Part shown: piece by piece, positions 50,903 through 63,309 of the stretch
Layout: every line of letters begins with the position of its first letter
Numbering within the stretch: position 1 is the first letter of the stretch
DNA from: Octopus bimaculoides
Taxonomy: Eukaryota
Assembly: GCF_001194135.2 (NCBI RefSeq)
Contig: NC_068982.1
Location: 125,942,698-126,006,697 of the forward strand
Direction: 5' to 3'
Length of the DNA stretch: 64,000 nt
The notes under the pieces: model-generated
Databases searched by the model: none
Told to the model about the DNA's origin: nothing
The model's input: the letters and a program-made list of their open reading frames with translations, nothing else
Made by a program: the position numbers and the translations under genes

Positions 50903-51323
50903 NNNNNNNNNNNNNNNNNNNNNNNNNNNNNNNNNNNNNNNNNNNNNNNNNNNNNNNNNNNNNNNNNNNNNNNNNNNNNNNNNNNNNNNNNNNNNNNNNN
51001 NNNNNNNNNNNNNNNNNNNNNNNNNNNNNNNNNNNNNNNNNNNNNNNNNNNNNNNNNNNNNNNNNNNNNNNNNNNNNNNNNNNNNNNNNNNNNNNNNNNN
51101 NNNNNNNNNNNNNNNNNNNNNNNNNNNNNNNNNNNNNNNNNNNNNNNNNNNNNNNNNNNNNNNNNNNNNNNNNNNNNNNNNNNNNNNNNNNNNNNNNNNN
51201 NNNNNNNNNNNNNNNNNNNNNNNNNNNNNNNNNNNNNNNNNNNNNNNNNNNNNNNNNNNNNNNNNNNNNNNNNNNNNNNNNNNNNNNNNNNNNNNNNNNN
51301 NNNNNNNNNNNNNNNNNNNNNNN

Positions 51324-51364
<41 letters not shown>

Positions 51365-51890
51365 CACACACACACACACACATAAATATAGAATGGAAGA
51401 CGGATGTTAAATGATGATGCTGACATATATATATATACACGTACATACATTTTTGTGGAGAGGGAGGCAGCATGAGACAGTAGGTTTATATCAGTACCCA
51501 GATAGATAAATAGATAGATTAGTTAAATTAAATTAGTAGTTACATTAGATAATGTCTAGATAACATAATATTTATTGATGTGTAAAGATATAGGAGTCTG
51601 TAGAGAGACATCAGAGATTTAGACATTCTGTATAATTAGATATTTGGTATAATTAACTAGCTATGGTTTTTGATAGCAGAGTTTATTTTAAAGGTTTCAC
51701 ATTGATTGCCAATATAGAAATATACATCTGAGTATACATATATCAGTGTACTCTGTAAAGTAGAAACCAAACCAAAAACAGAATGAGCAATATGTAGTCC
51801 CTGACTTATCTAGGAGGGCATTCAGAGGGCAGTAACACTACATAAAAACTGACTAGGACTATGACAATTCATCTAACCCATGATAATGAT

Positions 51891-52245
51891 GGCTGTGTGA
51901 TTAAGAAGTTTGCTTCCCGACCACATGGTTTCAGGTTCAATCACACTGCACTGCACCTTAGGCTAGTGTCTTCTACGATAGCCTGAGATAAACCAGATTC
52001 ATGGAAACTGAAAGCCTTATTATACATACATAGGTATGTGAATGTTTGTGTCTCTTTGTTTTGACATGGTAGGGTTGTTGTGAATGAATGTCATTCATTC
52101 TCCAATATTCTGTGGAAAACTTCTCTATCCATAGGGAAACATTATTTCCTTGGAAACAAGTAAGAGTTGATGACAAGAAGGACATCTGGCTCTAAACATT
52201 TTTCCTTGATAAACACTATCCAACCCTTGCCAGTAGGCATTAAAA
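51891..52245 (+). mobile_element. Family E SINE, degenerate
   Basis: ggctgtgtgattaagaagtttgc...ttggaaacaagtaagagttgatgacaagaaggacatc. Confidence 0.6.
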
Positions 52246-53222
52246 CAAAAATGTGTATGTGCATGTATGTATGGATGTATATATAAATATACACGCATGT
52301 GTGTGTGTGTATAATAAAGGCATTGCATTTTAAGGTGGAACTTGTCTTTAATGCCAACTAGTGAAGTAACAGACATCTTTCAGTTTTAGATCTCTTTGAC
52401 AAACCACATTTACTGCAGTTGCTTCAGTTTAGAAGTGGTCAAACATGTCTAGAAACAGAGGGGAAATTGTGTAGATGATTATATATATCAATAATAGGGC
52501 TCTTCCCCATACACGAATGGCTGTGTGGTAAGTAGCTTGCATACAGACCACATGGTTCCGGGTTCAGTCCCACTGCGTGGCACCTTGGGCAAGTGTCTTC
52601 TACTATAGCCTCGGGTTGACCAAATAATTGGGTTTATTTTGCATGGTATATATATCTATATCTATATATATATATATATATATATANNNNNNNNNNNNNN
52701 NNNNNNNNNNNNNNNNNNNNNNNNNNNNNNNNNNNNNNNNNNNNNNNNNNNNNNNNNNNNNNNNNNNNNNNNNNNNNNNNNNNNNNNNNNNNNNNNNNNN
52801 NNNNNNNNNNNNNNNNNNNNNNNNNNNNNNNNNNNNNNNNNNNNNNNNNNNNNNNNNNNNNNNNNNNNNNNNNNNNNNNNNNNNNNNNNNNNNNNNNNNN
52901 NNNNNNNNNNNNNNNNNNNNNNNNNNNNNNNNNNNNNNNNNNNNNNNNNNNNNNNNNNNNNNNNNNNNNNNNNNNNNNNNNNNNNNNNNNNNNNNNNNNN
53001 NNNNNNNNNNNNNNNNNNNNNNNNNNNNNNNNNNNNNNNNNNNNNNNNNNNNNNNNNNNNNNNNNNNNNNNNNNNNNNNNNNNNNNNNNNNNNNNNNNNN
53101 NNNNNNNNNNNNNNNNNNNNNNNNNNNNNNNNNNNNNNNNNNNNNNNNNNNNNNNNNNNNNNNNNNNNNNNNNNNNNNNNNNNNNNNNNNNNNNNNNNNN
53201 NNNNNNNNNNNNNNNNNNNNNN

Positions 53223-53271
<49 letters not shown>

Positions 53272-54207
53272 AAGAGAGGCAGATACAAAATAGAAAAAAA
53301 AAAGACAGGCTAAAACTGCAAAAGCCAATTCAACATACGCAGTGAATATATTAGATTGATTCTCAGTGAAAGTTTTAGATGAAAAAATAGGAGTGGAGAT
53401 GAAGTTTTGAACATGGCTCTTTGTCAGATAGAGTAAAAAGTCCAGAGAGGAAGGAAAAAAAAAACAGAAAGAGTAGATGCTCCAGAGAAAAGTACATATG
53501 TCATGAATATGGCTGAAAAATAACTGACTGGAATTTCGAGAGACAGAGAATGTGGTTTTTGAAGGTAGGAGAGTGCAAAAATGGCTATTGTGTGTGTAAG
53601 AGGGATACTCATGTGTGTAGTGTGTATATGTGTATATATGTTTTGTTTATAAGTATGTGCATGGGTGCAGGGGTAGCATGTTTGTATATTAGGGTGTGCT
53701 GTGTGGGATGGTAGCACTAACAGTCTATCTTAAAGATAACATTTTGGGACTGAAATGGTCCTGTATATATATATGTATATATAGCAATTATTTAGTGCAT
53801 ATATTATTGTCTACTTTCATTTCCAGTTTCTCATCTTCAGTTATGTTCTGGTTTCCTCATTGTTTCATTCTAGGTAATTCGTGTTTGGTTATATTCATGT
53901 TTGTTGATCATTGATTACATTCTAGTTCATTTAACTTCGGTTATGTTGATGGTTCTTTATCTTTGTTGAAGCCTAATGGTTCTTTATGTTTGGTTATATT
54001 CTTGTCTCATCATCTTCAGTTATATCGTTGGTTTTTCCATTTTGTTGGTTTTATATTTATAGTTAGTTCTTCTGCTATGATTATATTTTTCATTGTATGT
54101 TTGCACATGCATACATTCATACATACATGTTCTTTTATATTGTTAAGCAAGATATATATTTAGTTTCTTGTATTTTATATATGGTTCTATGTATATACTC
54201 TTATATG

Positions 54208-54248
<41 letters not shown>

Positions 54249-54471
54249 AAATAAAGGTATATATATGTATATATATATATAANNNNNNNNNNNNNNNNNN
54301 NNNNNNNNNNNNNNNNNNNNNNNNNNNNNNNNNNNNNNNNNNNNNNNNNNNNNNNNNNNNNNNNNNNNNNNNNNNNNNNNNNNNNNNNNNNNNNNNNNNN
54401 NNNNNNNNNNNNNNNNNNNNNNNNNNNNNNNNNNNNNNNNNNNNNNNNNNNNNNNNATATACTCTTATATG

Positions 54472-54512
<41 letters not shown>

Positions 54513-54628
54513 AAATAAAGGTATATATATGTATATATATATATAAAGATATATATATATATATATGTATAAATAAAGGTATATATATGTATATATATAT
54601 ATATAAAGATATATATATATGTATAAAT

Positions 54629-54702
<74 letters not shown>

Positions 54703-55001
54703 TTGTATATTTTTATGCATATGTATATGTTTTTACATTTTACAAAGCTGTACACAGTTGATTGTGTCAGCCCCAATACTTACTTCATCTATGTCAAAAC
54801 AATTCTTAGTTATAGCATATAACTGAAGAGCCATCAATATTGCCAAGTGCCATAGTTGGCATGGAACCATCAGCAACATTCTGACTAGTTAAATGTTATA
54901 ACCTGGAATATCCTGCTAAACAATATAACAGTTTAACCCCCTCAATTTCTCTGTTAGAGTGTGCTTTTTTTCTAAGTTATGGACAACTGGCCAATAGCTA
55001 T

Positions 55002-55395
55002 ATCATCATCATCACGTGACATCTGTTTTCTATTCTGGCATGGGTTGGATGGTTTGACAAGAACTGGCAAACTGGAGAGCTGCACCAGGCTTCAGTTTTC
55101 TGTTTTGGCATGGTTTCTATGGTCGGGTGCCCTTCCTAATGCCAACTACTTTACAAAGTGTAATGAGTGCTTTTTACATGGCACCAGCACTGGTGCTTTT
55201 TATGTGGCACTAGCACAGGTGTTTTTTATGTGGCACCAGCATGAGCAGGGTTACCAAGTAACTTGCAAGACAAAGACCTCTTCGTTGAGAGAGGGGGTAG
55301 AGCTGAAGGAAGTAGCTGTGTGTCAGGTGAGAGTTTGGAGTATTATAGAGGGACAAAAATAGTTGTCTTACTATAAGGAGATATTTAGCTACCCC
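55002..55395 (-). mobile_element. Family D long form with three 26 bp sub-repeats
   Basis: gtgctttttacatggcaccagcactg x3 at 55167-55242. Confidence 0.8.
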
Positions 55396-55601
55396 AATAT
55401 ATATATATATTTATTTACAGAGACATAGAAACATTTACAAAGGCATCGACCAATCTTAAAAACAATTGGACTTTACTCACTAGGTATTGGAATCTTATAT
55501 GTATACCATTCTGCCTAAACAATGGATTTACAAATACAATATCCCTACATTCACTCTCTATTTCCTATCTTAACTAAACTATTGCTTAATCATCCTCTCA
55601 C

Positions 55602-55652
55602 ACCATCTCCAATGAAGGGATATAATAAATATCCTGGAAACAGCTGTAAGAC
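55602..55652 (+). other. Core-mutated copy of the 58.1 kb hammerhead motif
   Basis: ct-ccaatga-agggata(taataaa)tatcctg-GAAA-cagctg-ta-agac. Confidence 0.45.
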
Positions 55653-55821
55653 ATTCTATTTACAAATGTTCTATATTATACACAGCCTTGGTTTTTTTTA
55701 TCTCATTATGAAAAGTAAATCCTTATATTCACACACTGGTATATGACCTACGTTGGACCCCTTATTCGCATAACCACCGAACCTGGAGCTTAACTGATCA
55801 TTTGGAGCTAGNNNNNNNNNN

Positions 55822-56130
55822 ATGCCCTTCCTAATGCCAACCACTCCGAGAGTGTAGTGGGTGCTTTTTACATGCCACCGGCACGAAGGCCAGTCCGGAA
55901 GTACTGGCAATGGCCATGCTCAAATGGTGTTTTTTACATACCACCTGCACAGGAGTCAGTCCAATGTTTTGTTCACATGCCACCGGCACAAGTGCCAGTA
56001 AGGCGAAGCTGGAAACGATCATGCTCAAATGGTGCTTTTTACGTGCCACCGGCACGGAAGCAAGACCGCTGCTCTGGCAGTGATCCCGCTCGGATAGTGC
56101 TGTTAGCGCTCCACTGGCATGGGTGCCAGT
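55822..56130 (-). mobile_element. Family D repeat with 66 bp tandem sub-array
   Basis: ggtgctttttac(a/g)tgccaccggcac at 55860, 55926, 55966 (partial) and 56031. Confidence 0.85.
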
Positions 56131-56339
56131 CACAAAAACACACAAACACATATATGTACAGTCATATATCAGAATACATATATATTTATATGTGCACACC
56201 AGTATATGCATGCACACACACACACAGTGTGCAAAATTTTCCATAATTCGTTATAACATATATTAACAAAACAAAAGTAGAAAACTTTTACAAATACCAT
56301 CATTTTTATTAAATGAAATCTTCGAAACTTCTTATATTA

Positions 56340-56800
56340 AAATCATGGACAAAATGTGTTCCTATTGTTAAATCTTTTGAGTACTGATTGGCAAGCTTCA
56401 AGGCATAAATCTGTTGTCATGTTAGTAAATTCATCAATAATTTCAGCATGTAAGTCTTGAAAGATGCTGTTGTTGCTTTGACAGACGTTCTTAAAATATC
56501 CTCACAAGAAGAAATTAGGAACTGTCATATCAGGAGATCTTGGATGCTATTTAGAAAATGTCTCTTAGCATCTTGTCCATTGGTTAAGTAAATGTTTATT
56601 TAATCTTACTGTTGTTTCGTTAGCACAATGATGCCCCCCCCCCATCTTGCTGAAATATTTATGAATTACTGTCAAACAAAATGAGAAAAACAGGCCAGTT
56701 AATATCTAGACATAATGAACAGCACTGCATGTATCATCAAAAATGAAAAGTCCTGTTACACAGGAACCGTGAATTGTCGCTGCTAAAACATACAAACCAA
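56340..56800 (-). pseudogene. Tc1/mariner transposase relic, probably DD41D type
   Basis: FQQDGGG/HHCANETTVRLNKHLLNQW...HPRSPDMTVPNFFL*GYFK; stops plus a 1 nt slip in poly-G. Confidence 0.75.
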
Positions 56801-56851
56801 CTCTAGTCACACTTTTTGTAACTGCATCATGAGGTTATCTGCAGTACTAAA

Positions 56852-57187
56852 CATCATCATTTTAATGTCTACTTTTCCATGCTTGAATGGGTCAGATGGA
56901 ATTCATTCAAGCAAATTTTCTATGGTCAGAAGCCCTTCCTATCACCAACCTTCACATGTTTCCAAGCAAGATAATATTTCTCCATGGCTGACAGGTTTTC
57001 ATAGGAGACTGGAAACAAGGGACACACTTTGTATGACAGTGATGTTCATTTTTAACTATCACATGTCAAGACAAGGAGTCACTAACACTTACACATACTC
57101 ACACAAACACACACATGATGGGCTTCTTTCAGTTTCCATCTACCAAATCTACTCACAAGACTTTGGTTGACCCAGGGATTATAGTAG
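56852..57187 (-). mobile_element. Family E SINE
   Basis: (cat)n...cccttcctatcaccaaccttcacatgtttccaagcaag...gggcttctttcagtttccatctaccaaatc. Confidence 0.7.
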
Positions 57188-57541
57188 TTATGATCTGGAG
57201 AACAGTAAAAAACAGTAAGGATCTGAGAATGGAACTGTAAGATACACCAACCTGCATGTAAAATATTTTACAGACCTCATTGCTAGCTTTTGCCTTGTGA
57301 ATAAACATCTCTGTATATGGCATACATGACTCTCACAGGCCACTCAATTATATAGATTTAGTTTTCTGTGTTTTATATGTTCTATGTATATACTTTTATA
57401 TATTTGTATAAATTTGTATATGTATGTATGTATACATATATGTGTATTTTACATATTTATACAGTTGCTTGCATCAGCCCCACTACTTATTTCATCTGTC
57501 TTGAAATATCTGATTTGTGTGTGTGTGTATGTGTATGTAAC

Positions 57542-57678
57542 TTTATTGAAACTGAAGATTAGAGTGTGTTTCATGAATCAAGTTTCACCCACTGCAATCT
57601 TCAGGCCAGTTTCACATGAAGAACTCAGTGGCATGAAACTTGAGACACACGCAGACTCTAAGCTTCAGTTTCAACAAA
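57542..57678. repeat. Long imperfect hairpin (~60 bp stem)
   Basis: ttgaaactgaag.ttagagt / actctaa.cttcagtttcaa; tcaagtttca / tgaaacttga; ccactg / cagtgg; tcttca / tgaaga. Confidence 0.8.
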
Positions 57679-57747
57679 AAACATATACTCAAATACTATG
57701 TACTGAGGTTGAACATTCTCTTTCTCATTCAATTGACATAAAATAAT

Positions 57748-58008
57748 GTGCCTGGCTCCCATGCTGGTGGCATGTAAAAAGCACTATCCAAACATGGTCG
57801 ATGCCAGGGCCGCCTGACTGGCTCCTGTACTGGTGGCACGTAAAAAGCACCCACTACACTATCGGAGTGGTTGGCATTAGGAAGGGCATCCAGATGTAGA
57901 AACATTGCCAGATCAGATTGGAGCATGGTGCAGCTGCTGGCTCTCCAGACCTCAGTCAAATTGTCCAACCCATGCCAGCATGGACAACAGGCATTAAATG
58001 ATGATGAT
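57748..58008 (+). mobile_element. Family D repeat with two 66 bp units
   Basis: gtaaaaagcac at 57774 and 57840, then the standard body and (gat)n. Confidence 0.85.
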
Positions 58009-58089
58009 TGATATATATGTGTGTGTGTGTGTTAAATAAAATGAAACAACAAAACCAAGGCTGTTTGAAGGACATTTTTAAAGAGAAAG

Positions 58090-58143
58090 GTAGTCTTACA
58101 GCTGTTTCAGGGATATTAGGGGTATCCCTTCATCAGAGATTAT
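58090..58143 (-). ncRNA. Minimal type-I hammerhead ribozyme motif (PLE/dimeric type), core intact
   Basis: ATAATCT-CTGATGA-AGGGATA(cccctaa)TATCCCT-GAA-ACAGCTGT-A-AGACTAC: 7 bp stem II, palindromic stem III, GUA cleavage triplet. Confidence 0.65.
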
Positions 58144-58652
58144 ATGAGAGAGCTAACTAGAGGAAAATAGAAGAGTTCAATATAAGGAATTATTTTGGTA
58201 AAAGATGGATATAGGAAGTACAAAGGGAAATAAGAGAATAGAAATGAAATTAAAAATATATGTAGGATGTTACAGTTGCAGTTCCATATGTTCANNNNNN
58301 NNNNNNNNNNNNNNNNNNNNNNNNNNNNNNNNNNNNNNNNNNNNNNNNNNNNNNNNNNNNNNNNNNNNNNNNNNNNNNNNNNNNNNNNNNNNNNNNNNNN
58401 NNNNNNNNNNNNNNNNNNNNNNNNNNNNNNNNNNNNNNNNNNNNNNNNNNNNNNNNNNNNNNNNNNNNNNNNNNNNNNNNNNNNNNNNNNNNNNNNNNNN
58501 NNNNNNNNNNNNNNNNNNNNNNNNNNNNNNNNNNNNNNNNNNNNNNNNNNNNNNNNNNNNNNNNNNNNNNNNNNNNNNNNNNNNNNNNNNNNNNNNNNNN
58601 NNNNNNNNNNNNNNNNNNNNNNNNNNNNNNNNNNNNNNNNNNNNNNNNNNNN

Positions 58653-58688
<36 letters not shown>

Positions 58689-58979
58689 TATATATCCTTG
58701 TAATATGTGTTCTCACTATATATTTTTGGGATATTCATCAAATATTCATACTGTAGATGGTCAGGTGTTCAGATTTCCAGCTCAGTCAAGTGAAACAACA
58801 TCCATCAGAAACTCCACACTCCATTATACACACACGCTCACTACTAGTCCCATCGTACACTAAACTCCTAACCAACTGCACGTCTTTCCATTGATAAATG
58901 TCAAAGTAATCTAGGTAATAAACTGCATACACTAAAAGTTGCACACATGCACTCACACAATAAAATGTTTGTGGCTGCA

Positions 58980-59012
58980 TGTGTATACATTTCTATGTGT
59001 GTGTGTGTGTAT

Positions 59013-59045
<33 letters not shown>

Positions 59046-59139
59046 CATATATACATGTGTGTGTGTGCATGTCTGTGTCTATTTCTTTCTCCTCTTTATA
59101 TGTCTGGATGTGTTTATGCTTAAATGCTTATACATATAT

Positions 59140-59204
<65 letters not shown>

Positions 59205-59620
59205 AATGTGTGTGTGTGTATGTATATATATATTTATGTATATATATATATATGTGTGTGTATATATATGTATATATATTTATGTGTATATATATACATA
59301 TGTATATATATGTATATATATATATATATATTTATGTGTATATATATATATATGTATATATACACGTATATATATATGTATATATGTGTGTGTATATATA
59401 TGTATATATACATGTATATGTATATATGTGTATATATATATGTATATATACGTATATAAGTGTATATTTATATGTATATATATGTATATATATACATGTA
59501 TATATATATATGTGTATATATATATATATATATACATATCTATATATACGTGTATATATATATATGTATATATATATGTATATATATGTGTGTATATATA
59601 TGTATATATATGTGTGTATA

Positions 59621-59672
<52 letters not shown>

Positions 59673-59720
59673 TATATTTATGTATGTATATATATCTTTT
59701 TATATATATGCATGTGTATA
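58980..59720. repeat. Compound (TA)/(TG) microsatellite field
   Basis: Low-complexity dinucleotide sequence. Confidence 0.95.
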
Positions 59721-60375
59721 TTTTATGTTCTACATTTGTTCACTCAGTTGAGAACACATTTGCTATATAAATAGACTTACGTAAAAATAGTTTTAACACA
59801 TGCGTTTGTATATGCATGTGCAGTCACACGCGCACGCACAAACATCCATGTGTGGCTCACACACAAATACATACATACACTCACACAGACACAGCGAGAA
59901 CAAAAAGAAGATTTGGAGACTTAGTCATGTCTCAACTGGCTTCAGAAAAGCAAAAAGAAAACTTAACTTGTTCTTACATACACATACTTGCTTGCACACA
60001 CAAGCATATACATGACATGTGTGTAGCCTCACATATTCATACACACTTATAAAAGTAGGCATTTTCACTTTGACACAAACATTCTATATTATGCATAATT
60101 ACATTGCAATTTACATATATGTCTTAGCTCTCATATACACATTCACTTTATCTATCTGTCTATTTCTTTCTCCTTCTTTCCTTCTTTCTCTCCCTTATTA
60201 TTACTCTATTTCTCTTTCACACACGTAACCCCAACCCATTGAATCATGGGAAGATTAGTCTAGGAGTGAGAAGGGAAAAGTTGGTCAGATTCAATAGACA
60301 GAAATGCTGAAAACTCTCCTTTTATTCTTTCTTTTCCTTTTATATATTCTTTACTATTCTTCTTCTGTCATCTTC

Positions 60376-60412
<37 letters not shown>

Positions 60413-61352
60413 CCATTCTTTCTGCTGATGTTGTTGTTATTGTCTGCGCAGAATTTGTGTCAGTACTCTATCTTACTGCCACTAACTTCCCATACAGCTG
60501 CACAGATATTTCAAAGTGTGTGTGTGTATGTGCATGAGCATGTGTGCATGTACACATGCTTGCATTTGTATGTGTGCTAAAGAATTATGAGGAAGAAATA
60601 AAGTATGCATTAGATGGATCACAAACCTACGTCGCTTGTCTAAATACCCCACTATGTTTATCAGTTTAACAACCAGCTTTCTTCTATATTTGACTGTAAT
60701 TTTCTTTTATGGGCAACTCTTTCACTTTTTATTCTTTATTTTTTTCAATACAGCTTCATTATAGCTTCATTAATCCAACATGCCATCCCTTGGATGATGG
60801 CTCAACCATTTTTCATGTTTTTGGCTTAATTAAAAGGGTAGCATCTACAAGGCATCTGAGATTGAAACTATAAACCATAAAATGCTAGAGAAGGAAACTA
60901 TGGATCAAATTATCTACAAACCCACAGAATACTGACTGCAGAGGGGTTTCTAATACAATATATTCCTGTGACCACAGGGCTGGAATATATTATGTCTACC
61001 ACCTAAGAACATGTACAATCCATATGACAAGCTTCCACCATTTTTCATATCTGCTCAATTCCAGTCATAAGACTTATGTTGATCTGAGTTTAAAAAAGAC
61101 ACTTGGGCAAGGTTCCATGCAGTGGGATTGAGCCAAGAACCACATGATTACAAAGTAATCCTCTTAACAGCATGGTCATCATCATCATGAGGAGAAGGAA
61201 GAGGAAACAAAGGAAGAGATATAGCATAAACCTGCATCAAACTGTATTAGCTTTTTTCTCTCTTCTTTCTACTTTTCATTGAAAGAGTGTATAAAAACCT
61301 AAACTGTCATATCATCAGTTGTTTTGAGGTAATGTTGGGAAATAAGCAAGAT

Positions 61353-61402
<50 letters not shown>

Positions 61403-62231
61403 AGAGAAACATAACATTTGCAATAACTGGAGAGTGAATTGGTAGAAAAATATGAAGGAGGAATCATAAAGGAAAAAATTGGCAAAACAAAAGATGGTTA
61501 AAGAAGAAAATTTTGATAAGAAAATGTAGAAAAATGTAGGAATAGGAATAACCTCAGAGATATGTTAAATTGTAGTAGAAAAAAAAATGGTTTTGTAGAT
61601 ATGATGTCAGGAAGTGGGAATGGTATGCGTGTAAATCTAGTAGATATGTAAATGAGAAATATTTGGAGTAAAAGATAAAAAGTAAGGCAAAAAAAACTAT
61701 ATAATTGTGGTCCTATTTCCTATCTCAAAGTGTTGATCCAAATAAATGACTGTCGTTTGATGTACTTCTTTATAATTATGATGTCAGACTGATCATGCTG
61801 AAATAATAAGCTCAAAACATGCATAGATAAGACAATTAAAACCTTTATAGGTTGGTTACTTGACAATTTTTTGGAGAATCCTTTTGACTTAGATTTGACA
61901 TAAAAGTGACTTATTTGCTTTTATTATTATTTATCATCATCATTATTATTGTTATTATTATTATTACTACTGCTACTACTACTACTACTACTACTACTAC
62001 TTGTAATCAGCCAAATATTCTTTTTTTTCTCTCTCTTTTGAATGGGCTCTACAATGTTTGAGCATGTAGCAGCAACAGTGCAATCAGAGACATATAAGCA
62101 ATACTCTAATGTAGGCTACTTTGTACAGGGTTCAGAAACTAATCACAGTGAAGTATAGTCTGGCCCAAAAGTAGAAACCTAGTCTTTGGAAAGTAGTTTT
62201 GACAGTTTTATAGTCAAGAAGTTTCCATGGC

Positions 62232-62630
62232 GCTGGAGTGGCTGTGTGGTAAATAGCTTGCTTACCAACCACATGGATCCGTGTTCATTCCCACTGCGTG
62301 GCACCTTGGGCAAATGTCTTCCACTATAGCCTCGGGCCGACCAAAACCTTGTTAGTGGATTTGGTAGACGGAAACTGAAAGAAGCCCGTCGTATATATGT
62401 ATATATATATGTATGTGTGTTTGTGTGTCTGTGTTTGTCCCCCCACCATCGCTTGACAACCGATGGTGGTGTGTTTACGTCCCCGTAACTTAGCAGTTTG
62501 GCAAAAGAGATCGTTATAATAAGTACTAGGCTTCCAAAGAATAAGTCCTGGGGTCGATTTGCTCGACTAAAGGCGGTGCTCCAGCATGGCCACAGTCAAA
62601 TGACTGAAACAAGTAAAAGATTAAAAAGAG
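62232..62630 (+). mobile_element. Family A SINE, full length
   Basis: gctggagtggctgtgtggtaaatagc ... gactgaaacaagtaaaaga. Confidence 0.9.
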
Positions 62631-62759
62631 AGAGTATGGGAAATAATCAGAGACTGTGAGATATTTTTTGCGATGTTGAAGGTTTTAGCTTGTGTTATGA
62701 TATATAGTGTATAATGGTCTATAATGATGATATAATGAAGACTGTTTCTTCAATATGTA

Positions 62760-62975
62760 TGAGTGGGTGCTGGAAAGTTCCTGGTTTTAAGGGTATTGCG
62801 AAAGGCCTGGTTGGAGGCCCGAACTTCAGAGTTCTTTTACAGGGCCTAGAAAAACTGAAGGACTGCTGCAATAAGTGTGTGAATCTGAGAGGGGAATATG
62901 TTGAATAAAATCATAATTAACTGATCCTCTTGTACTTTTTTTTTACCCAAAGCCAGAAACTTTTTCAGCACTAGC
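62760..62975 (+). mobile_element. Internally deleted mariner derivative (MITE)
   Basis: TA then gggtgctggaaagttcctgg ... ccagaaactttttcagcac TIRs; interior QGLEKLKDCCNKCVNLRGEYVE* resembles a mariner C-terminus. Confidence 0.8.
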
Positions 62976-63309
62976 TATATGTAATGAGTGTGTATTAGTG
63001 CTATTGAAAAAGATTAACTAGTTTGTCATATCCTTATTGGTGAATCTTTTCAAGATTTCGGTTCAAGGAAACACTCCATGATTGATATGGAGTACATAAC
63101 CTGCATGTTGGCTCATAAAGACATTAAATGGGTAACTTAGCAACAGGGTTTAGATGCCAGACTTTGTCAAAGTTAACAACATTATGTATGACAACGAAAA
63201 GCAAATCTCAAGTATCACTGGCTCTCTGGAAACTGTACTGATGATCACTGAAGAGAGAAAGTGACACAGAGTGATAAAAGAGGTCACTGATTTCAAATGT
63301 TTTCATCAA

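Noticed and set aside
54187-54545. Identical sequence on both sides of the N gap as a real duplication
   Set aside because: Typical overlap artefact of scaffolding within a (TA)-rich repeat; cannot be trusted without reads
55860-56120. CRISPR-like repeat-spacer array
   Set aside because: The 41 nt spacers are homologous to one another (gccagt...ctgg...gctc..at), so it is a 66 bp tandem repeat inside a eukaryotic retro-repeat; no cas genes
63135-63147. RFX X-box-like gtaacttagcaac
   Set aside because: Single imperfect motif with no promoter context
63232-63270. CTGATGA plus tcact/agtga stem as a hammerhead
   Set aside because: No GAAA after the stem and no stem III or stem I
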